From an uncultured virus (IMG/VR IMGVR_UViG_3300015608_004663) (lineage: Duplodnaviria; Heunggongvirae; Uroviricota; Caudoviricetes), in IMG/VR virus record IMGVR_UViG_3300015608_004663: a stretch of 64,000 nt of DNA. One strand, 5' to 3'. This document shows, one piece after another, positions 59,292 through 64,000 of this stretch. Position 1 is the first letter of the stretch. Every line of letters begins with the position of its first letter. The notes beneath the pieces are model-generated. The model saw only the letters and a program-made list of their open reading frames with translations, had not been told where the DNA came from and searched no databases. The translations under genes and the position numbers were made by a program.

Positions 59292-59489
59292 TCAAAACGA
59301 TGCACTTTTGCAAGAGATCGTGCGTGGCAAGTACTGCGCGTTTAGGTTTATCAGCTCGTACTTTTCAAGGTCATCTGTCATCAGCTTTAGATCGCCGTCT
59401 TTGCTAGCAGAGATGATAATGTACAGTTCGATGCTTTGAGCTGGATAGATCAAGAGATCACCCGGGTTATAGCTTCTAGCTTTTCTCAT
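59292..59489 (-). CDS. PGDL-family small protein
   Basis: YNPGDLLIY...LYIIISA. Confidence 0.7.
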   Translation of the reverse strand: MRKARSYNPGDLLIYPAQSIELYIIISASKDGDLKLMTDDLEKYELINLNAQYLPRTISCKSASF

Positions 59490-59682
59490 GCTGCTGCTTT
59501 TTAAGCTTGAGCAAAAATGTCATATCGAACTTTCGCGCGTAGATTTTCGCTTCATCCAATGACAGGCCAGCGTAAAACCACAAGCACAGCTGCTTGTCGT
59601 CGTCTGCATCAGCGCACTCGACAACGCAAAACAAGAAGTTATCAACAAAGAAAAGGTGACCTGGCTCTCGTGAGCTGCTCAC
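59476..59682 (-). CDS. PGDL-family small protein
   Basis: REPGHLFFV...LFCVVE; GTG start overlaps the upstream stop. Confidence 0.6.
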   Translation of the reverse strand: MSSSREPGHLFFVDNFLFCVVECADADDDKQLCLWFYAGLSLDEAKIYARKFDMTFLLKLKKQQHEKS

Positions 59683-60182
59683 TGCTCTTCTCCGTTGAAG
59701 GGCCAAGAATCGGGAGAGCTTGAGTACGCACCCGCAGATCCACCCACAAGTTTCAAAGCAGCTACGATAAGATCGACGTCTTCTTGCGCAATAGATTTCA
59801 GCCGCTCAAGCGCAGGTCTTTTCAGACAGGGTGATCTGCGATAGTTTATATCGTCCACGCTGTTGAGCGGCCTCTGCACACCAGCGCGGCCGTACAGCTC
59901 GTCTTCTATCCAACCGCACATCTTCTCTTGATTGTCTTGCTGCTTGATGCGCTTACGAGACAGATGCGCTTCATCTTCAAGACCGTAATCATCGGTATCG
60001 CGCTTGCTGGGATCTGCAGCAAGCCAGTGACAGAACTCGTGCAGCAAGCCCTCAACGTCATTCAGAGGCACGCAGATCTTGCCAGAGGGTGATGTCCACG
60101 TGTAGAACGAAGCGGTCTTGACTGAGCGACAAGTCAGTCTTTCTACAATGTTTGATAGCGCTTCAAAAGCTGGTGTCCACAT
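59679..60182 (-). CDS. HExxH-motif protein (EpmC-like motif)
   Basis: LLHEFCHWLAADPSKRDTDDYGL. Confidence 0.65.
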   Translation of the reverse strand: MWTPAFEALSNIVERLTCRSVKTASFYTWTSPSGKICVPLNDVEGLLHEFCHWLAADPSKRDTDDYGLEDEAHLSRKRIKQQDNQEKMCGWIEDELYGRAGVQRPLNSVDDINYRRSPCLKRPALERLKSIAQEDVDLIVAALKLVGGSAGAYSSSPDSWPFNGEEQ

Positions 60183-60189
60183 GTTACGC

Positions 60190-60390
60190 TCACGCTAGCT
60201 TTTCCCCATAGCAGCCAATAAGCTTTGAGTTGAGCACTATCTTGCCAGAGCCGTCCCGTTGAAGCCCAAAGCACACATCTGCTGTAGTTAAGCTGCACGC
60301 AATGATCAAAATCATTCTGTTACCTAACCCAACAACGCAAAGATCGCCGGGTGCAAGATCAGTCAATAAGCTGCGCCAATGTGCTTTCAT
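60190..60390 (-). CDS. PGDL-family small protein
   Basis: LAPGDLCVV...MILIIAC. Confidence 0.7.
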   Translation of the reverse strand: MKAHWRSLLTDLAPGDLCVVGLGNRMILIIACSLTTADVCFGLQRDGSGKIVLNSKLIGCYGEKLA

Positions 60391-60734
60391 ATTCGATCTC
60401 GCTCAGCAGCTTCTGCAGATCTTTTTGCGTTGATCTGCTCTGATATGATTGCTTGACGAGCAGCAAGCTTGTCAAGCAGCTCTTTGGTCGCATCAATCAC
60501 AGCGTGACCGCGACTTGTGTCAAGTTCAAAGTTTGCGTTCACAAGAGCGGTCAGGAGCGTTCCGTCATCATTGATGATAGAAGCGAAAGTTGCGTTTGTA
60601 TAAACATCGCTCAGCGCTTGGTACGAGCTCGTGAACACATCACAAACTCGACCCACATAAGAGATCTCTAGCACTTCTTCATCAACGCACTGCAGCGCGC
60701 TGTTCCACTGTCTGACGTACCTGAAGATTGGCAT
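60387..60734 (-). CDS. Hypothetical protein
   Basis: MPIFRYVRQW...; aagga RBS; ATG at 60734. Confidence 0.65.
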   Translation of the reverse strand: MPIFRYVRQWNSALQCVDEEVLEISYVGRVCDVFTSSYQALSDVYTNATFASIINDDGTLLTALVNANFELDTSRGHAVIDATKELLDKLAARQAIISEQINAKRSAEAAERDRI

Positions 60735-60760
60735 AGTTGATCCTTGACTTAGATAGAATC

Positions 60761-60875
60761 GTATCAAATCTGGTGCAAGATTNNNNNNNNNNNNNNNNNN
60801 NNNNNNNNNNNNNNNNNNNNNNNNNNNNNNNNNNNNNNNNNNNNNNNNNNNNNAATCTTGCACCAGATTTGATAC
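60761..60875. repeat. Perfect 22-bp inverted repeat flanking an N gap, at a divergent gene junction
   Basis: GTATCAAATCTGGTGCAAGATT (60761-60782) / AATCTTGCACCAGATTTGATAC (60854-60875). Confidence 0.75.
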
Positions 60876-60937
60876 TGTTCTACCAAGCTATCAGGTGATA
60901 GCAAGCTGTTACCTGCACTATTGCTTGCACAGAGGCA

Positions 60938-61126
60938 ATGATGACGATGAGCAACCGAGTAGTTGACGCAGGTAACAACGAGACTTGGACAATTGGTTGC
61001 TTTCCTCAAGCTGATGGCACGTTTCTAGCGATGACTTTCACGGACTCGCGCATCTTCAAGACTCAGAAAGGCGCCGAGAAGTGGCTAGCCAAGCGCGGCT
61101 ACAGTCTGCGCGGTGAGGTGCTCTGA
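60938..61126 (+). CDS. DUF1391-like small phage protein
   Basis: DAGNNE...GCFPQADGTFLAMTFTDSRIFKTQKGAEKWLAKRG. Confidence 0.75.
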   Translation: MMTMSNRVVDAGNNETWTIGCFPQADGTFLAMTFTDSRIFKTQKGAEKWLAKRGYSLRGEVL

Positions 61127-61416
61127 TGCCCAAGCGATCAAGCAGCAACAAAGCAAAAAAATCTAGCGCGCTTCAAGCAAAGCTTGNNNNNNNNNNNNNN
61201 NNNNNNNNNNNNNNNNNNNNNNNNNNNNNNNNNNNNNNNNNNNNNNNNNNNNNNNNNNNNNNNNNNNNNNNNNNNNNNNNNNNNNNNNNNNNNNNNNNNN
61301 NNNNNNNNNNNNATAGATCCTAACACTGGTCTTTGTCGGTACGGTTATGTTTGGAACCCGCAGCCGCGAGCAAACATCATTGTATCACACTTGTCTGACT
61401 AACGGTGAATCTTAAA

Positions 61417-61607
61417 ATGAAGCACATTACGTCAACAAAACCGGGAGATCTGCTGCTAAAAGCGGGCACTTGCTCATAGCTGTCGATGGCGATCCAATAA
61501 CAAAGCACGCAGTCGTGGCAGAGCATGATGTGAAGATCGCTTGTGTCAAGATGATCTACAGCGAGCAGATGAAATCAGAAATCATCAGCTCTGCGAGCAG
61601 AGATTGA
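61417..61607 (+). pseudogene. PGDL-family gene with a 1-nt frameshift at an A4 run
   Basis: MKHITSTKPGDLLL; the shifted frame gives SGHLLIAVDGDPITKHAVVAEHDVKIACVK... to TGA at 61605-61607, just before the next ATG. Confidence 0.65.
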
Positions 61608-61610
61608 ATC

Positions 61611-61967
61611 ATGCGCAAAGACGAGATTCACTTGGGTCCGTGGCATCGCGGCTTAAGATGGACTGGTGAGCTTTGCTTCGTAGATGATTGCTCAACGCAC
61701 GATTTTTCGTACGATGATGTGACAGACGTCATAGCGTGCAGTCAGTCACAAGCCTATGATTTGTACGGGAGCATCGTTGCTGTTGTGAAGCTTAAAGACG
61801 GGCGATACGCCGCGTGGGAGACATCTTGGGGACCGAGCGGCCATGGCTTCTCTGAGAGCAGGTACGGCGGAAATGCAGATGTCATCGTTGCAAACTCTCT
61901 TAGAAAGCTGTTCTTCGCTCTTTCAGAACACAGCAGATACAAGCTTATTCAGGAGCTAGGGCTGTGA
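61611..61967 (+). CDS. Hypothetical protein
   Basis: 118 aa; VVKLKDGRYAAWETSWGPSGHGF. Confidence 0.7.
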   Translation: MRKDEIHLGPWHRGLRWTGELCFVDDCSTHDFSYDDVTDVIACSQSQAYDLYGSIVAVVKLKDGRYAAWETSWGPSGHGFSESRYGGNADVIVANSLRKLFFALSEHSRYKLIQELGL

Positions 61968-62170
61968 TCGAACCCGGTGCGCTGCTGCTGCTGAATGAAA
62001 AGATGTTCTCATCGCGAGAGCTGCTGACATGGTTTGTGATTTGCGTCTCTGATGCAAAGACTGCTAGCGATGCGCGCAGAATGAAAGTTATCACTGCTGG
62101 CTGCGACACTCCCGCATCGCTAGCATCAATCGCGATCACACCTCAAGATCTGATCAAGTTAATTCGATGA
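61964..62170 (+). CDS. PGDL-family small protein
   Basis: MIEPGALLLL...FVICVS; ggag RBS. Confidence 0.65.
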   Translation: MIEPGALLLLNEKMFSSRELLTWFVICVSDAKTASDARRMKVITAGCDTPASLASIAITPQDLIKLIR

Positions 62171-62415
62171 ATCATCAAAAACAGAGCAACACTCCAGGTG
62201 AAATCTTCGCAGTGCAACACAACTGGCAGACCGAGCAAGCCTCGCCGCGGTGGTTTAACATATCGATCTGCATCAGCTTAAGCAAGACGTCAGATTGCTG
62301 GCTGCGATTGTTTGGTGATGGAACGCTCGAGTTCGAGCAGGTGCACCAAACCTCGAGAAGCGCAGAGATCACTTCAATCAAGCTTGCAAGCATCAGAGCA
62401 GAAGAAAATTCTTAG
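62167..62415 (+). CDS. PGDL-family small protein
   Basis: NTPGEIFAV...ISICIS...LFGDGTL. Confidence 0.65.
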   Translation: MNHQKQSNTPGEIFAVQHNWQTEQASPRWFNISICISLSKTSDCWLRLFGDGTLEFEQVHQTSRSAEITSIKLASIRAEENS

Positions 62416-62727
62416 CAAGAAGATCTTCTGTTTTGCGATCCTTTGTTGAAGATCATCATTGATGGCGAAGATGATGGATCTCTGTTCCTGCTCGCTGCTG
62501 CAATCCTGAAGCGAGGTTAAGAAACACGATTGGTTATCGCGACAGATCGCAGATAATCTTCTCAAGTTACTTCTTAGTCTAAGAAGAGCTCACCGCGATT
62601 GTTGAGAGCAGACACGCTGTCACTGCTCGCTCATCTTCTAATAGCAACACAGCTCACGCTTCATTCAGCCTTGTCGTTATCACAACAGCTACAAATTCAG
62701 TGTTCTACGAAGAGAGCGTGATTGATA

Positions 62728-62937
62728 TCATGCTAAGATCGTTTCGTGCATTGTGAACACGCAAGCGAACGTTCGCGCAAACTGCGCTGCGCCTGCTGCT
62801 GAGATCTCAAGAACAAGACTCTGATTAGAAGCTGTTTCAACAAACATCTGTATGCAGCGTGCTTCACGATTGTTGTGAGTGATCAGCATGCCAGGCACTG
62901 CCGTGACTCTTGAATCATCGCGCTGCGTTTTGAGCAT
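62728..62937 (-). CDS. PGDL-family small protein
   Basis: AVPGMLITH...CIQMFVE. Confidence 0.6.
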   Translation of the reverse strand: MLKTQRDDSRVTAVPGMLITHNNREARCIQMFVETASNQSLVLEISAAGAAQFARTFACVFTMHETILA

Positions 62938-62976
62938 CTTCGCGCCTCAGTAACTTTCATCTGTGAACAGTTTAGA

Positions 62977-63183
62977 TCAAGACAACACTAGCTCTAGCTC
63001 ATCTGGGATGTCAGCTGTGCGAAATTGTCTGTCTTGCGCATGAAACACAAGCTTTGTCTGAGTTTCTTGATTGACTGAAATGCATATGATCGGTGCGATG
63101 ATCGAGCGCCGGCCAGCGCTGCCATCACGTCTCATGCGCTCAACGAAGTAACGATAGCGCGTCAGTTCACCAGGGATGCACAC
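62977..63183 (-). CDS. PGDL-family small protein
   Basis: CIPGELTRY...IICISV. Confidence 0.6.
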   Translation of the reverse strand: MCIPGELTRYRYFVERMRRDGSAGRRSIIAPIICISVNQETQTKLVFHAQDRQFRTADIPDELELVLS

Positions 63184-63198
63184 CGTGACACTCTGAAC

Positions 63199-63549
63199 CT
63201 AGGATAGGTATCCTATCTGCCACTCTTGCAAGATGCCCTTAGAGTCAAACGAGCACACTCTAAGACCGTCAGAATCAGCTGTCTCAATGGTGACTGCGTT
63301 GTGATCAAGCTCGCCGAGCTCGATCATCTCACCAACTTTGGCGATGATTGGTTCTGAGTTTGTTGCGACGATCAAGTGAGTTGCAGTCACGTCTCGCTGG
63401 GCGCCAGACAGAATGTGATTGAAGAAGTGCACCTGTTCTGACGCTCTGCGCTGAGCAGCTGGGTGAAGCGCTAGCGTGACATCTTGTCGATCTACCAAAG
63501 AAACATCTAGAAGATGTGACACTCTTGCATCAATAGCGCTCAGATCACC
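63199..63549 (-). CDS. Hypothetical protein beginning at GDL immediately after an assembly gap
   Basis: The frame extends upstream of the tracked start as GDLSAIDARVSHLL... to the gap at 63550. Confidence 0.55.
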   Translation of the reverse strand, partial: GDLSAIDARVSHLLDVSLVDRQDVTLALHPAAQRRASEQVHFFNHILSGAQRDVTATHLIVATNSEPIIAKVGEMIELGELDHNAVTIETADSDGLRVCSFDSKGILQEWQIGYLS

Positions 63550-63629
63550 NNNNNNNNNNNNNNNNNNNNNNNNNNNNNNNNNNNNNNNNNNNNNNNNNNN
63601 NNNNNNNNNNNNNNNNNNNNNNNNNNNNN

Positions 63630-63692
63630 CGCGAAGGGCTGGATGATGATCAGATCACCAGGAAGCACGCTGTGCTCTTCGTTAGCTTTCAT
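63630..63692 (-). CDS. PGDL-family gene, 3' part in assembly gap
   Basis: MKANEEHSVLPGDLIIIQPFA. Confidence 0.6.
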
Positions 63693-63701
63693 CTGATTTG
63701 C

Positions 63702-63929
63702 TCATTTAGCGCGCACAATCACATCGCAGCTCTCGCGCTTAGATAGAGTCTGGCGCATTTTGAGATTAAAGTTAGTTGGGCTGTCTCGGCACGAGAGTGA
63801 TAATGTGCACACGATATCAGCTGATATCGTGTGCACGACTATGTTGCACGAGGCGTAATAATGGTCAATGATCAGATCGCCAGGATGAACAACAGAAAGC
63901 TCTAGGCGTTGATCGTTTTCATTTTTCAT
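63702..63929 (-). CDS. PGDL-family small protein
   Basis: MKNE...VHPGDLIIDH...NIVVH. Confidence 0.65.
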   Translation of the reverse strand: MKNENDQRLELSVVHPGDLIIDHYYASCNIVVHTISADIVCTLSLSCRDSPTNFNLKMRQTLSKRESCDVIVRAK

Positions 63930-64000
63930 CTGAAATCTTTCACGCAAGATCGTCAACTCCAAAGCAGAGCTCGTCACACGGATGATCAGCGGGTCTGATG

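Noticed and set aside
54549..62730. Alternative genetic code (TGA or TAG reassigned), suggested by in-frame stops in small ORFs
   Set aside because: Long conserved genes are uninterrupted in code 11, many end in TGA within ATGA overlaps and at least one ends in TAG. The lesions are mixed (TGA, TAG, frameshift), which fits pseudogenes or errors better.
54549..64000. Diversity-generating retroelement or integron as the source of PGDL diversity
   Set aside because: No reverse transcriptase or integrase, no ~100-bp template/variable repeat pair and no attC-like hairpins between the genes were seen in this window. Such genes could lie elsewhere in the genome.
1..64000. tRNA, tmRNA or rRNA genes
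   Set aside because: No convincing cloverleaf or T-loop context was found by eye; tRNAscan-SE or ARAGORN would be needed to exclude them.

Overview
This window looks like part of a very large (jumbo/huge) T4-like myophage genome rather than a cellular chromosome. From left to right it holds: putative virion genes and a degenerate chaperonin-like gene (1-8.3 kb, mostly minus strand); a ~16 kb surface-glycan-type cluster with about 8 glycosyltransferases, an epimerase, gmd, a carbamoyltransferase and a UDP-sugar dehydrogenase (8.5-24.3 kb); a gp55-like sigma factor followed by gp5/gp25/gp6-like baseplate genes and large Ser/Gly-rich structural genes (24.6-38.8 kb); an accessory region with three unrelated RNA ligases, an HD-only CCA-enzyme derivative, a SpoU methyltransferase, a deaminase, three transporters and a complete type-A RNase P RNA gene with its own promoter (38.7-52.1 kb); four putative internal-head genes sharing an L-x-x-L/I-I-x-E leader (52.2-54.4 kb); and a dense array of more than 20 short paralogous 'PGDL' genes, several of them broken and several coinciding with assembly gaps, surrounding a non-coding 47-bp-periodic, G-tract-rich element (54.5-64 kb). 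The two most notable systems are the RNase P RNA plus RNA heal-and-seal toolkit, and the PGDL micro-gene array. All family assignments come from motif recognition by eye; no searches were run.
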